A stretch of DNA of 35,316 bases from Octopus bimaculoides. Lineage: Eukaryota. The notes beneath the pieces are model-generated. The model searched no databases and was not told where the DNA came from. It was given only the letters and a program-made list of their open reading frames with translations. The stretch's first letter is position 1. The number at the start of each line of letters is the position of its first letter. The DNA lies in contig NC_068992.1 in the NCBI RefSeq assembly GCF_001194135.2, positions 2,130,239 through 2,165,554 on the forward strand, in the 5' to 3' direction. Position numbers and translations under genes: made by a program. Of the stretch, positions 1 through 13,146 are shown piece by piece.

Positions 1-47
<47 letters not shown>

Positions 48-60
48 TATATATATATAT
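1..60. repeat. (TA)n microsatellite
   Basis: Direct reading of the sequence. Confidence 0.95.
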
Positions 61-277
61 AATGTATGTGTAAAGACGTTGAATTAAATTTCGTCCTTTA
101 ATTTGGAGGAATCGAGAAAAAAGATTTCTAATATAGATTCTTCATATTTTGCTGGTAGCTTACTGGTGTAAGTTTACGAATATGAAACTAATACTTGTAT
201 ACGGTGTGTCATGTGAATTTATGGAAAGAAATCTCATAAAACTCAACAAATCTGTTAAAAATGGAGAAGAGAAGATG

Positions 278-335
278 TTAAAATGTAAGAGAATTTTATT
301 AAAATGTAAGAATTTTATTAAAATGTAAGAGAATT
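278..335. repeat. Three-copy ~20-22 bp tandem repeat TTAAAATGTAAG(AG)AATTTTA
   Basis: Three adjacent near-identical units are visible. Confidence 0.85.
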
Positions 336-827
336 CATGCTGACGATCGTTTGGAACAGCGATATAAAAATCAAGCAAATTCATGTTTGAATAGAAATAA
401 TTAAATTAATTAAATGAAATTAATTATATATCACTATTCTCTTCAGTACAAGAAGTATGAATAAAATTTTTACAAAGGGCTTGATAAAGGAAATAGCAGA
501 GTTGAATTTCGGAGATTGATATTTATCCCTATGAGAAAGAAAGAAGATATGTGAGTCCAGTTATATATAACTTAAAACTATATATATATAAACATTATCG
601 ATCGCATGTGCTCTATGTATGTGTTAAGTCGTCCACAAAGTGCTAATGCGCAGCAAACCGATGAAAAGCACAACGTATCATCGACCTGCTACAAGTAACT
701 CAATTCGTCTTTGGTCGCTCATGTATATTAGTACAACCTGTTCATGGTCGGGCCGTCAGTGGCAAAACTGACAACCCGAACAAGTGTGTTTGGTATAGAA
801 TATGGTTTTGTAATAGCGCGAGGGGGG

Positions 828-927
828 TGTAATACAAAGCTTGTCAGATGACGAATAAACTCAGGCGGTGTGTGTGTGGCTGTGTGGGGGTGGGGGCTAT
901 TCGTTATCTGAGTAGCTTTGTTTTATA
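828..927 (+). other. 30-bp imperfect inverted repeat with a 40-nt loop (pre-miRNA-like hairpin or tiny MITE)
   Basis: TGTAATACAAAGCTTGTCAGATGACGAATA (828-857) pairs with TATTCGTTATCTGAGTAGCTTTGTTTTATA (898-927): 25 Watson-Crick pairs, 2 G.U and 3 mismatches on +. Confidence 0.75.
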
Positions 928-1208
928 ATGCTAAAGAGGCGGAGGCTTGACTTGTTATCATGAGAGGCATGTCATTAAAAAGGCAAACGAGGGAACGGAA
1001 GAAGTTATGCTGGGTAGCAAAGTAGACAGCCATTGTACACACATACATTTAGAGTATTTTCAATGACAAAGAAACCAAAGCACTAATACACACCTAGACT
1101 CACTCAAATGAACGCAGAACGTCCTACAAAAAATCTATACATCATGAAAATATCTCCTCTTCTCTGTTCCTCTTCCCTCTCTCTTCTTCCTCCCACTTTT
1201 GCTCCATC

Positions 1209-1241
1209 ACTCTCTATCTATCTCTCCCTCTCTGTCTCTCC

Positions 1242-1292
<51 letters not shown>

Positions 1293-1298
1293 CCTCTC
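1209..1298. repeat. (CT)n microsatellite
   Basis: Direct reading of the sequence. Confidence 0.95.
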
Positions 1299-1724
1299 CC
1301 TCAGTTTACACACGTTTTTATAAATACGTTCAATACGTTCGGTTTGCAAGTTCTGGTTACTTTATATCTAACCCGTGGTAGCCGACTGCTATAAACAGTC
1401 TCTTTCCACACCGGTTTAAGAGCCCCAGATTTCCTAAACCGGTGTAGCAGATTATTACAAGTTAACTATGTACGACTCATTATACCCGTTTATTTATTTC
1501 TGATAGACATCTGTCTTAGACCCAACTCGTTCGTAATTAGATCCCGAGCACTATCTGTGAATATACCGTAATTAAACGAATTAACATAGATCTTTGCAGT
1601 TAATGTGTAAAAACAAACCTGAATTAAGTACTTAATAATCAATTTGGGCGATAGATTCTCATATTTCCACGAAATAGCAACAACGCTTGTTTATTTTTCA
1701 TTCATTTCCTCCACAGAAAAATAT

Positions 1725-1727
1725 TAC

Positions 1728-1759
<32 letters not shown>

Positions 1760-1983
1760 GTTATTATTATTCTTATTATCATCACCATTATTGTTATTAT
1801 ATATATTATCATTATTATTATTATCATTATTATCATTATTATTAATATTATTATTATCATTATCATCATAATTATTATCATCATCACCGTCATCATCGTC
1901 ATCATCATCATCATCATCATCATCATTATCATCATTAGCATCATCGTCATCATCATCTTCGTTATTATTATTGTTATTATTTT
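1725..1983. repeat. Compound (ATT)n/(ATC)n trinucleotide microsatellite
   Basis: Direct reading; it explains the poly-L/I/M/N/D ORFs. Confidence 0.95.
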
Positions 1984-3104
1984 GATTAGCAAATTTTGTT
2001 AATGTGCCTTGCCAGATAAGAGCACGTGCCTTGCTAGATAACAAGATAAGAATGTAAGTCACAGAAAAGAAACGAGTTTGCTTCGTCGCAGTTCCACTAC
2101 CACCGCCACCACCACCACCACCACACCTTCTTCTATTTACATACGTCTGGTGCAAGAAATAGATTGCTACCGTGATATAACCTTCCCGCATTTTTCCAAA
2201 TGGCTGATACACATACACAAATAAACACACACATAAATACACACATACATTTATACATATATACACATACGCATTATTGCACTAGCTTCAGTCACTGGGC
2301 TGCCATGTTGCCGAGGAAAGGGATGCGAAGTTTTATGCGATCATTTCGATTCTAGTTCTCATTTCAATTTCATGTTTGTACTTATTTTATCGTCTTTTTA
2401 TTAGACGGAAGATTGCTGAAAACGCTTGCAAACGGAAAAATAATGCTCAATGCGTGATGTAGAGTTTGTATAGTTATCAAAAATTGAAGATTTTAGAACT
2501 GTCCCTCTGAGTTCCAAACTTCAGATTCTTCAGATGACTGAATAAGGGAGGCAGCGTGGATATGCATAAACAAACATATTTGTAATGGCTCCAGGAGCTG
2601 TGATTCTCGTGTCTCGGAAAAGTATAACATCATATTATACCATTTTAAAATGGATGAGTGGAATTGATGAATTCTTGCAAAATCTTCCATCCGTATTTAT
2701 TGAGAAATTTTCAAATAACAGAATTGTGAAAAGTATGCCATTGGTTGCATAATGGTCACGGAAGAAAACATTCTGTTACGTTATCAATTCTACAACAATT
2801 TTAGAACTATATTATCATTGGTGAACTTCCTTGTTTTAGTGTGTTTTACAAGTATGTTACGTGAAAATACTCGAGTTTTTGTGAGCAAATAAACATGATG
2901 TGAGCTACATAATACAGTAGACTACATGAAGAGTGACACATTTTCATGTTATTTTATCAATCAATGAAATCACGATGATAAATCATTATGTCATGCTGTT
3001 TACCTTCTCCAATGGATTATTCAAATCGATTGATTAATCAGCAGTATAAATTTAAGAATATCGATTTGAGTGTTTTCAAGTTTTAGTTGCCAACGTACCT
3101 GTAG

Positions 3105-3385
3105 ATCAGGTCAGCTCAAGTCAACCTTGTGGGCATGCGCCGTTGCATCGACGATTTGTCAGTATCTGCTCAGAACCTGCCGGAAAACCCATTGCACAGT
3201 ATTCCAATCTGTCCCCATCATCCACCGTGACCATGTGACATGAGCTCAACTAATAGGAGCCGTTACCCCAGATCCTTAAAAGAGCATGATACCCAGGATC
3301 CAATGCGGAAAATTAAACAACATGGCCAAACAGTCCGAGCTGACGGCCCCTGCACTCCCTCACCTCATAAATGCTGACGTGTGGT
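3105..3385 (-). mobile_element. 3' fragment of an RTE/RTEX-type LINE ORF2 with a (CCTGA)-like tail
   Basis: The minus strand reads VRECRGRQLGLFGHVV*FSALDPGYHALL, resembling the RTE C-terminal RQLRxFGHV motif. After a frameshift it reads ...VFRQVLSRY*QIVDATA. It ends in pentamer repeats TTGAC-TTGAG-CTGAC-CTGAT. Confidence 0.65.
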
Positions 3386-3416
3386 GAAAGAAGAAATAAA
3401 TATTGTTATTACATAG

Positions 3417-3451
<35 letters not shown>

Positions 3452-3829
3452 TAGTTTTCAGGTCTTTAGCTTATAAATTATTTTGCTTAGTTATGAAGGG
3501 AAAAATATAAAAATTGAATATAGTTTGGAATGTTAAAGACTAACAAACACGATGGCAACCAATAATTTTCGCTCTACGTTGTTTATTTATAATTCATATT
3601 CGAAATAAATTGTTACAAGTCTAGTAATGAAGTGTGTTATATCAAATTCAACGACCAGATACTAGGCCATTATTCTAAAATGTTTTGGTTGGCACGAAAA
3701 TCTTGTGATGTTTCCACAGGATATAACATTTTTTTCATTCCAAATTCCAATTCTACCTAAATTTTCTGTGTTTTTTTTTCTAGTTTCTCCGATATCTCTT
3801 GTACCTCTCCTAGCGTTTTCCTATATTTA

Positions 3830-4060
3830 ACCTTGGATCATCCATTCTTGTCTTTATTTACATTTTCACTGTTGTTCCTTCAAAGCCAGTCTATATTTCC
3901 TCTGTTGTCCCAACATTATTTTCTCTACGTTTGCCTTGGTTTACCACTCCGTTTTCATAACATTTTCACTTGTACCACTCTAGGCCTTTGTGCCCATTTC
4001 AATCGTTACCTTTCCACGTCTTTACCGACATTTTCCTTTGGTCATTTCCATGTTTATCTG
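3830..4060 (-). mobile_element. Possible very old LINE ORF2 C-terminal relic
   Basis: The purine-rich minus strand reads RLKWA...KRSGKPRQT*R, similar to the RTE/CR1 RLxWAGH...GRPRxTW motif. It has many stops and shortened spacing. Confidence 0.3.
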
Positions 4061-4321
4061 TATGTACATTATACGTTTTTATCCTGCTCATCTATCAAAT
4101 TTCTGAACAGATACCAAAATAGCCAAATTTAAAACTTAAGGTATACTCAAGGATTAAAAAAGTACATAATGGTCACAACTTTTCTTTTACCAATATTTTC
4201 TAAATGTGAGACTAGTTATGCTAATTTGGTCTATTGGTGTCGTGGCTTCAAATGCACACAGATGAGAGTTTGTAAAACGCGCACTAGACTAGGAAGGTGA
4301 CTACATCACTAGGGAATCGTG

Positions 4322-4952
4322 TATTCTTTATTCTTTTATTTGTTTCAGTCACTTGGCTGCGGCCATGCTGGAGCACCGCCTTTAGTCGAACAATTCGACC
4401 CCAGGACTTATTCTTTGTAAGCCTAGTACTTATTCTATCGGTCTCTTTTGCCGAACTGCTAAGTTACGGGAACATAAACACACCAACATCGGTTGTGAAG
4501 TGACGGTGGGGGGACAAACACAGACACAAATAACACACACACACACACACANNNNNNNNNNNNNNNNNNNNNNNNNNNNNNNNNNNNNNNNNNNNNNNNN
4601 NNNNNNNNNNNNNNNNNNNNNNNNNNNNNNNNNNNNNNNNNNNNNNNNNNNNNNNNNNNNNNNNNNNNNNNNNNNNNNNNNNNNNNNNNNNNNNNNNNNN
4701 NNNNNNNNNNNNNNNNNNNNNNNNNNNNNNNNNNNNNNNNNNNNNNNNNNNNNNNNNNNNNNNNNNNNNNNNNNNNNNNNNNNNNNNNNNNNNNNNNATA
4801 TATACGACGAGCTTCTTTCAGTTTCCATCTACCAAATCTACTCACAAGGCTTTGGTCGGCCCGCGGCTATATTTGAAGACACTTGTTCAAGGTGCCACGC
4901 AAACGATGTGTTTGGAAAGCAAGCTTCTTACCACACAGCCACTCATGCGCCT
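4322..4952 (-). mobile_element. tRNA-derived SINE, family A (octopus OR/OK-like, CORE-like CCTTGGGCAAGTGTCTT), split by an assembly gap
   Basis: Homologous along its length to 10286-10680 and 31806-32179. It has an A-box-like TGGCTGTGTGG head with the B box deleted. The internal CA tract runs into the N gap. Confidence 0.9.
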
Positions 4953-5660
4953 AAATATCGCAAAATAATTTTATTTCGCCCTTCAATAATCAACGAATTC
5001 AACCTATGACTTTTTATATGTTCGGGGGGGGGGCGCTAAATACCAGCAATATCCTGAAGTAAATTCAATGAATGATGACTAATACCGTTAGATGTTACCT
5101 AGTCTTCAGTTGTGAAGACTCCGTTGCATCAATAAATATGGAAGTTCATGACAAACCACTTCACTTACCATTTAAGCTTTCCAATCAGAAAATGTTCTAA
5201 TTTTCTGCTGTTATTCCATTGCGTTCTGTTTCTCTATAGTTTCAACTACACTACATTGTCGTAACAATTTAATGCATTGATATTTCTTTTGACAAAGCAA
5301 ACAGTTCTCTATTCGATATAAATACCTCGTCTTTTAGGGTTGTTATTATGCTGTGATTCCCCGCCACCCCATAAAATAAATGAAGTCAGCGCGTGTCTCC
5401 CGAGAATTGAAACTGGAACGTGTTCTCTGCAAACTTTCTCCATGTCAGACTTCGGTTTGGGCCTCAACTCCTGACCAAGTCCTGTCTTAAAGCGTATCTT
5501 TGGAATCAAAGTCTGGCAGAGCTTCTCCATCGCAAGATCTGATGACTGCATGACTTCCTCCAGAGAGTCAAAGGGAAAGAGAAAGAGGCAGAGAGAGGGA
5601 GAGAGAGAGGGGGAGCGAGAGAGCGAGAGAGAGAAGGAGAGAGAGATAAGTACTGTCCCC

Positions 5661-5810
5661 GTACTGGGAAGGTACTTTATTCATCGACTCTGAAAGAATG
5701 AAAGGTAATGATGACCTCGGTGGGATTTGATCTCAGAGTGCAAAGAACTGGATCAAAGACCAAAAGATGTTTTATCTCCTTCTTTATCCATTCTGCCAAC
5801 TCACCGCTTT
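5661..5810 (-). mobile_element. Old tRNA-derived SINE, family B (Nin-domain-like)
   Basis: ATCGACTCTGAAAGAATGAAAGGTAATGATGACCTCGGTGGGATTTGATCTCAG is a diverged match to 15030-15082. It ends in the head-like TTCTGCCAACTCACCGCTTT. Confidence 0.75.
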
Positions 5811-5939
5811 TCTCTGTTTGACGCCAGGAAACCATGAGAGATAGAAATATTTCACCAGCTCCAACAATCCAAGAACAGAAAGTTCAGAATAGTAGAGAAT
5901 GGCTGAGTAGTGGGGCAAAGTAATGACGTGAAGGGGATG

Positions 5940-6064
5940 GTAGTGATGGTTGCGGTGGNNNNNNNNNNTGGTGGTGGTAGAGATAATATAATGATGATAA
6001 CGTTGGTGGTGGTGGTGGTGGTGGTGGTGGTGACGGTGGCGGTGGTGCTGGTGGTCGTCGTCGT
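5940..6064. repeat. (GGT)n/(GAT)n microsatellite with a 10-N gap
   Basis: Direct reading of the sequence. Confidence 0.9.
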
Positions 6065-6481
6065 GATAGAATAGGGAGATGTAATAACGGAGAAAGGATA
6101 AGCAATGTAAGTTTTTTGCCAGTTATTAGCTGATTAAGATAAGTCACGTTAGATAGCTTTAACCTTCATAAAACAAGAAAATGTTCTCCGTATATAAACA
6201 TACACGCTTCCTATATAATACACACGCACACGTACACGTCACACACAAAAACGCACACACACACACACACACATACACATATATGCAGAGACGGAGAGAG
6301 ATAGAGAGAGAAAGTATGCGTAAAAGTGTATATATATTCATATGCGTGTGTAGTGCATTTACTTTCGCTTATGTATAGCCGCATACATATTTTGACGAAT
6401 AGTCGGACTGTGGATAGATGGAAGCCAAGGTAGATATAACAACTGAAAGGTGTGTGTGCATGTGTGTGTGCGTGTGTGTGT

Positions 6482-6521
<40 letters not shown>

Positions 6522-7173
6522 TAAGCGTGTTTGTAAGTAGTGAGTATGCGAAACAGAAATAGGAAAGTGCGAATCATCTGGCAATATGCTTACTATGTAA
6601 TGCATGTGAGTATGTGNNNNNNNNNNNNNNNNNNNNNNNNNNNNNNNNNNNNNNNNNNNNNNNNNNNNNNNNNNNNNNNNNNNNNNNNNNNNNNNNNNNN
6701 NNNNNNNNNNNNNNNNNNNNNNNNNNNNNNNNNNNNNNNNNNNNNNNNNNNNNNNNNNNNNNNNNNNNNNNNNNNNNNNNNNNNNNNNNNNNNNNNNNNN
6801 NNNNNNNNNNNNNNNNNNNNNNNNNNNNNNNNNNNNNNNNNNNNNNNNNNNNNNNNNNNNNNNNNNNNNNNNNNNNNNNNNNNNNNNNNNNNNNNNNNNN
6901 NNNNNNNNNNNNNNNNNNNNNNNNNNNNNNNNNNNNNNNNNNNNNNNNNNNNNNNNNNNNNNNNNNNNNNNNNNNNNNNNNNNNNNNNNNNNNNNNNNNN
7001 NNNNNNNNNNNNNNNNNNNNNNNNNNNNNNNNNNNNNNNNNNNNNNNNNNNNNNNNNNNNNNNNNNNNNNNNNNNNNNNNNNNNNNNNNNNNNNNNNNNN
7101 NNNNNNNNNNNNNNNNNNNNNNNNNNNNNNNNNNNNNNNNNNNNNNNNNNNNNNNNNNNNNNNNNNNNNNNNN

Positions 7174-7311
7174 ACAGACACGTGGGGGGGGGGAGATGGA
7201 GAGAGAGAGAGAGAGAAAGAGAGAGATGGAGAGATAGAGAAATACAGATGAACAGACACGTGGGGGGGGATGGAGAGAGAGAGAGAGAGAGAGATGGAGA
7301 GAAATGGCAAT
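7174..7311. repeat. ~78-bp minisatellite (ACAGACACGTG(n)...GA-rich), about 2 visible units next to a gap
   Basis: Unit starts at 7174 and 7252. More copies may lie in the 6617-7173 gap. Confidence 0.75.
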
Positions 7312-9390
7312 TCCCAGTAGCATAGACCCAGTTTAGTTTTCTGATTGTAGTTTGCGTCGCTAATGTTCTTTTTGAAGAAATATTCACGAATGAGAACACA
7401 TCACTTGTAAAATACACGTACGTGTCACATACCTGTAGACATTTCATTCTCCTATACATATAGCAGACACACACATACACACACACATACACATATACAC
7501 ACGCATATCAGAATTCTTTTTAAATATACATTTGTTAGGTACATACAGTAATTATTATTGCGATTATGTCAGAATGAAATGCTGTATTCTTTGATCAGCA
7601 GACAAAAATGTTGTGGGGAACAGAAATGTCGAGTTGGTGAGAGTAAACTTCATTTGTTTTTTTTCTTGAAATGAGGTAAACAGGCTCCAACCGGAACTGG
7701 CTATTCGATTGTCAAGGCAAAAATCATTTTATTTTTCATTAATGATTTCTCCATGCAGTATTGCAAAGGTGATAAGTGGGACATTGTGAATTTCATGCAA
7801 TACTTCCAATTGTCTGTGACAATGGTTTCCAGTCGGGAGTGAAGCAGTGACGCCGTTTCAACTTTCCCGTTGCATTAGAATAACGGTCACAATATCATGG
7901 AATTAAATATCAATAGATGGCTTTCGAAGAAGTAAAAAAAACCGATTGGTGGAGATAATTCTTGCTTGATAAAGCTAGTAAATTGTTTGAAATCTTCAAT
8001 ATGTTATTCCAATACAAGCGAGATTCAAAATAAGCAACTCCATGTTATTTCTCGAGCAGAAAGTCCAGCAATTGTTGTCCCCCCACTTCACCCCCACCAC
8101 AATTACATGACTGTTATGGCTGTAATACAGATTATAGACAATAACTTGCGCTGCTGATGTAGGATCAGAAGCGCAAAGTATCTTTGTTTACATAGGATTA
8201 AGAAGGGATGCGGAGTATGCAAATAGAATCAAATGACAGATTAAGATGTGATCGGCTCCAGTGAACTGGATTACTTTCACATAGACATATTGTCTAATGG
8301 CACGCTTTAAAGAATGAACAATTGTGTGTTATAAGAAAGATAAAACAGATGAAACTATTGTCAGTTGTAATCCATATCCTGTGTGTTCGTGAGAGATGAC
8401 AATATAATGTTAGATGAAGTATGGAAGATGCAACAGAGATGTCAGTAACCAAATAATAAAAGTATAGTAATTAAGCGGGGGAATTTTTGTTGAAGAGGTG
8501 GACGGTAAGAGAGAACTTCTACTTTATCATCTGCCATCATGAACTTGATATATTCCATAGGATTTATTTTCAGAAGTATAACGTAGAATGAAATCAAAAA
8601 GCTGTGACATCTCCATAGCAATATATAAATTAGCTATGTATGTAAATTAAAATAGGTTCTAGTTAGAATAAAAGATATGCGCATATTTTGCTCATAGACT
8701 TTATCTCTAACTACAGAATCTGTTAAATGGTTTTAATCTCTTAATACAATTACTGAAGCCATGCGAAAAAGAAGTAGTTGCTACTTCTTTTTCTTTTTTT
8801 GCTTTTTCGGTGAAATTACAGGTATATAATCTATATTTTACTTTAGTTACATTTCTTTAATGATATTTTACAGGTTAATTTAATTTTATTGATTTTCCAG
8901 TTGAAAGGCCAGTTGAAATGAAATAGTTTAAAGTGACATCAGTCTATAATAAAAACTTTTGAAGAAAGTCATCGCAATATCTTATGAAACAGAATGTTGT
9001 ATGCTACAGGAAGTCTAGCTTGGATTAGTATTATGTCTGCTACAGTGAATTACTTTACTGTTGCAGACCAAAAGGGGATAGTGCGGCAGATTAAGATTCT
9101 GTCTGGTCAGGTGAATTACTGCGGTATTGGAGAGAAACGGTCTTCAGTATCAGTCAAAATAGAATAATAATACATGTTGTATATTAAATGGAATCGTGGA
9201 ATAGATTAAATTCTGTAATATAGAATACCAACGAAATATAACATTATTTTGAATGCTACAATCGTATAAAATAATTTCTCATATTTCTCTTTAGTTTCTA
9301 TACGCGGTTTTATGTGAAATGATGTTAGTAATATGTCAGATAGAAGATTGTCATGTTCTTTTATTTATATTGTCGTGTTCTCAGACAGTC

Positions 9391-9540
<150 letters not shown>

Positions 9541-9992
9541 GTCGACAACAGTGAGAGACCGAGTCTATGTGTGACACAGTGGTTGAATATATAGTGAGAG
9601 GGGGGAAGGGTTAGAAGAGGTTAGTGGAGGAAAGAAATATTTGCATGGAAGAATATGAGACCATGATATGGAAATAGTGACATAAAAGAGTCTCTGTGTG
9701 TGTGTATATGTATATATATATATATATATACACACGCACACACACTCACACATATATATACACGTATACGTACGTCTATGTATGTGTGGACAAGAATTCG
9801 TTCAAATGCATACAGATATATATTTGTGGGTGTGTATTTTGATCGATGAACTATTTTGATGCGGCGTTTGTATGTGCTTGAGAGGGAAAATGTGAATGGG
9901 GGACATAAAAGAGGATTTGTACGTCTGAGATAAAGAAGAAAACGATTTAATGTATACGATATGTGTAACTGTATGTGTAGGTTGAATACGTT

Positions 9993-10024
<32 letters not shown>

Positions 10025-10285
10025 TAGATAGATATGTACGTATATAGATAGATATGTATGTGTGTGTGTGTGTGTGTATATGTGTGTGTGTGCGTGTGTG
10101 TATACGTGTGACGTATGACTATGTATCTATGAATATATATATATATATATATATANNNNNNNNNNNNNNNNNNNNNNNNNNNNNNNNNNNNNNNNNNNNN
10201 NNNNNNNNNNNNNNNNNNNNNNNNNNNNNNNNNNNNNNNNNNNNNNNNNNNNNNNNNNNNNNNNNNNNNNNNNNNNNNNNNNNNN

Positions 10286-10680
10286 TTTACTCTTTTACTT
10301 GTTTCAGTCTTTTTGACTGTGGCCATGCTGGAGCACTGCCTTTAGTCGAGCAAATCGACCCCAGGACTTATTCTTTGGAAGCCTAGTACTTATTCTTTCG
10401 GTCACTTTTGCCGAACCGCTAAGTTACAGGGACATAAACACACCAGCATCGGTTGTCAAGCGATGTTGGGGGGACAAACACAGACATACACACATACATA
10501 TATTTATACATATATACGACAGGCTTCTTTCAGTTTCCGTCTACCAAATCCACTAACAAGGCATTGGTCGGCCCGGGGCTATAGTAGAAGACACTTGCCC
10601 AAGATGCCACGCAGTGGGACTGAACCCGGGACCATGTGGTTGGTAAGCAAGCTACTTACCACACAGCCACTCCTACGCCT
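10286..10680 (-). mobile_element. Full-length tRNA-derived SINE, family A
   Basis: Minus strand: A box TGGCTGTGTGG, B box GGTTCAGTCCC, core CTTGGGCAAGTGTCTTCTACTATAG, an internal TA/TG tract and a GAGTAAAA-type tail. It is homologous to the other copies in the window. Confidence 0.93.
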
Positions 10681-11106
10681 AATATATATATATATGTGTG
10701 TGTATATATATGCGCATATATGTATATCAATATATGTGTGCGTGTGTGATTCATGTGCGTATGCCTCTGATACATATGTGAGATATAGGCATGTAATACC
10801 TGTATTTGATATGCGAACGTACATATACATGATTACATGGGGGAGAGACAGAAAGAGAAAGAGAAAGATAGAGAGAGAAAGAGAGAGAGAAAGAGAGAAA
10901 CAGATTAAATATTTGAATGTGTGTAAGTGTAAAAGGCCAGAATGAAAATGCGTTGTCTTTGTGTCTATACGGTTATGAGTAGATTATTAGTGTATATATG
11001 TAGATATATGATAATACGGATATCTTTATCAGCATATATGTGTGCATTTGAGTGTCTGTGTCCATACTTGTTTGTATGAATGTGTGTGTGTGAATTTGCG
11101 TTGGGT

Positions 11107-11154
<48 letters not shown>

Positions 11155-12216
11155 NNNNNNNNNNNNNNNNNNNNNNNNNNNNNNNNNNNNNNNNNNNNNN
11201 NNNNNNNNNNNNNNNNNNNNNNNNNNNNNNNNNNNNNNNNNNNNNNNNNNNNNNNNNNNNNNNNNNNNNNNNNNNNNNNNNNNNNNNNNNNNNNNNNNNN
11301 NNNNNNNNNNNNNNNNNNNNNNNNNNNNNNNNNNNNNNNNNNNNNNNNNNNNNNNNNNNNNNNNNNNNNNNNNNNNNNNNNNNNNNNNNNNNNNNNNNNN
11401 NNNNNNNNNNNNNNNNNNNNNNNNNNNNNNNNNNNNNNNNNNNNNNNNNNNNNNNNNNNNNNNNNNNNNNNNNNNNNNNNNNNNNNNNNNNNNNNNNNNN
11501 NNNNNNNNNNNNNNNNNNNNNNNNNNNNNNNNNNNNNNNNNNNNNNNNNNNNNNNNNNNNNNNNNNNNNNNNNNNNNNNNNNNNNNNNNNNNNNNNNNNN
11601 NNNNNNNNNNNNNNNNNNNNNNNNNNNNNNNNNNNNNNNNNNNNNNNNNNNNNNNNNNNNNNNNNNNNNNNNNNNNNNNNNNNNNNNNNNNNNNNNNNNN
11701 NNNNNNNNNNNNNNNNNNNNNNNNNNNNNNNNNNNNNNNNNNNNNNNNNNNNNNNNNNNNNNNNNNNNNNNNNNNNNNNNNNNNNNNNNNNNNNNNNNNN
11801 NNNNNNNNNNNNNNNNNNNNNNNNNNNNNNNNNNNNNNNNNNNNNNNNNNNNNNNNNNNNNNNNNNNNNNNNNNNNNNNNNNNNNNNNNNNNNNNNNNNN
11901 NNNNNNNNNNNNNNNNNNNNNNNNNNNNNNNNNNNNNNNNNNNNNNNNNNNNNNNNNNNNNNNNNNNNNNNNNNNNNNNNNNNNNNNNNNNNNNNNNNNN
12001 NNNNNNNNNNNNNNNNNNNNNNNNNNNNNNNNNNNNNNNNNNNNNNNNNNNNNNNNNNNNNNNNNNNNNNNNNNNNNNNNNNNNNNNNNNNNNNNNNNNN
12101 NNNNNNNNNNNNNNNNNNNNNNNNNNNNNNNNNNNNNNNNNNNNNNNNNNNNTATATATAAAGATATACGATATATGTACATATATATATATCTATACAT
12201 ACACACACACACAAAT

Positions 12217-12252
<36 letters not shown>

Positions 12253-12261
12253 GTATATATG

Positions 12262-12296
<35 letters not shown>

Positions 12297-12615
12297 CTGT
12301 GTGTGTGTGTGTGTGAATTTATATTTCGTATAGAAATTCTTTCTATGCGAAAGCCTTTCATGGGAAACTATATCCGAAACTTTTCCAGTGGAATATTCAG
12401 AAAAATACGGGAAATTCGACTCTTGTCTTCATTTGGATATGGTGAAAGGTCTTCTTTGACTTCTTATGTTTGTCACGACAGGATGGCTGTGTGAGATGGT
12501 GGAGGACTAATAGGCTCTGACTGTGTAAATATGTATGTGTGCGCGCGTCTGTGTGTGCATGTTTGCATGTAAATATATGTATTTATGTAAATATGTTGGT
12601 AAGTATGAATGTATC

Positions 12616-12657
<42 letters not shown>

Positions 12658-13109
12658 GAGGATATATATGAGAATCGGTGCGTCAAAAGACAACTACCAT
12701 TTCCGTACCATTTACGTTTATTTTCTTTTCGTACGAAGTCGATAAAGTAAGTACCCAAATAGTGAAACTCAATGTAATGGACTAACATTCTTGAACATTC
12801 TTGAACCATTAAACTACTTAAAGAATTGTCGAGTTCAGTTTCATTAAAAATGTTTGTGTTACCTTTGCAACTCCAGCGATCGATTGTGTTATTGGAATTC
12901 GATATGGAATTAATTAATTATATTCATAAGTCTCGTAACACTTCGTTGTAAAATCCCTCAACTAAATGGAATTAATGATATGTGGATAAATTCCAATGGA
13001 TTTTCTCTCTGGTCTGTCTAATGATGCTTTCAAACTAGTTTTCTGTCATCTTAAAATGAAAGTCAACAACCTGAGCGGCTTTTATGACGAAGATTTATAT
13101 TTAACATGC

Positions 13110-13146
<37 letters not shown>

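Noticed and set aside
2016-2053. Candidate micro-exon IRARALLDNKIR with AG/GTAAGT
   Set aside because: The acceptor lies in a local duplication (GTGCCTTGCYAGATAA x2) and I recognise no homology.
2493-2690. LRR-like STLPPLFSHLKNLK in a minus-strand frame
   Set aside because: A single short motif surrounded by stops, with no repeat periodicity.
9067-9110. Candidate micro-exon DQKGIVRQIKILSGQ
   Set aside because: Splice signals alone are not sufficient in 35 kb of AT-rich DNA, and the protein is not recognised. RNA-seq is needed.
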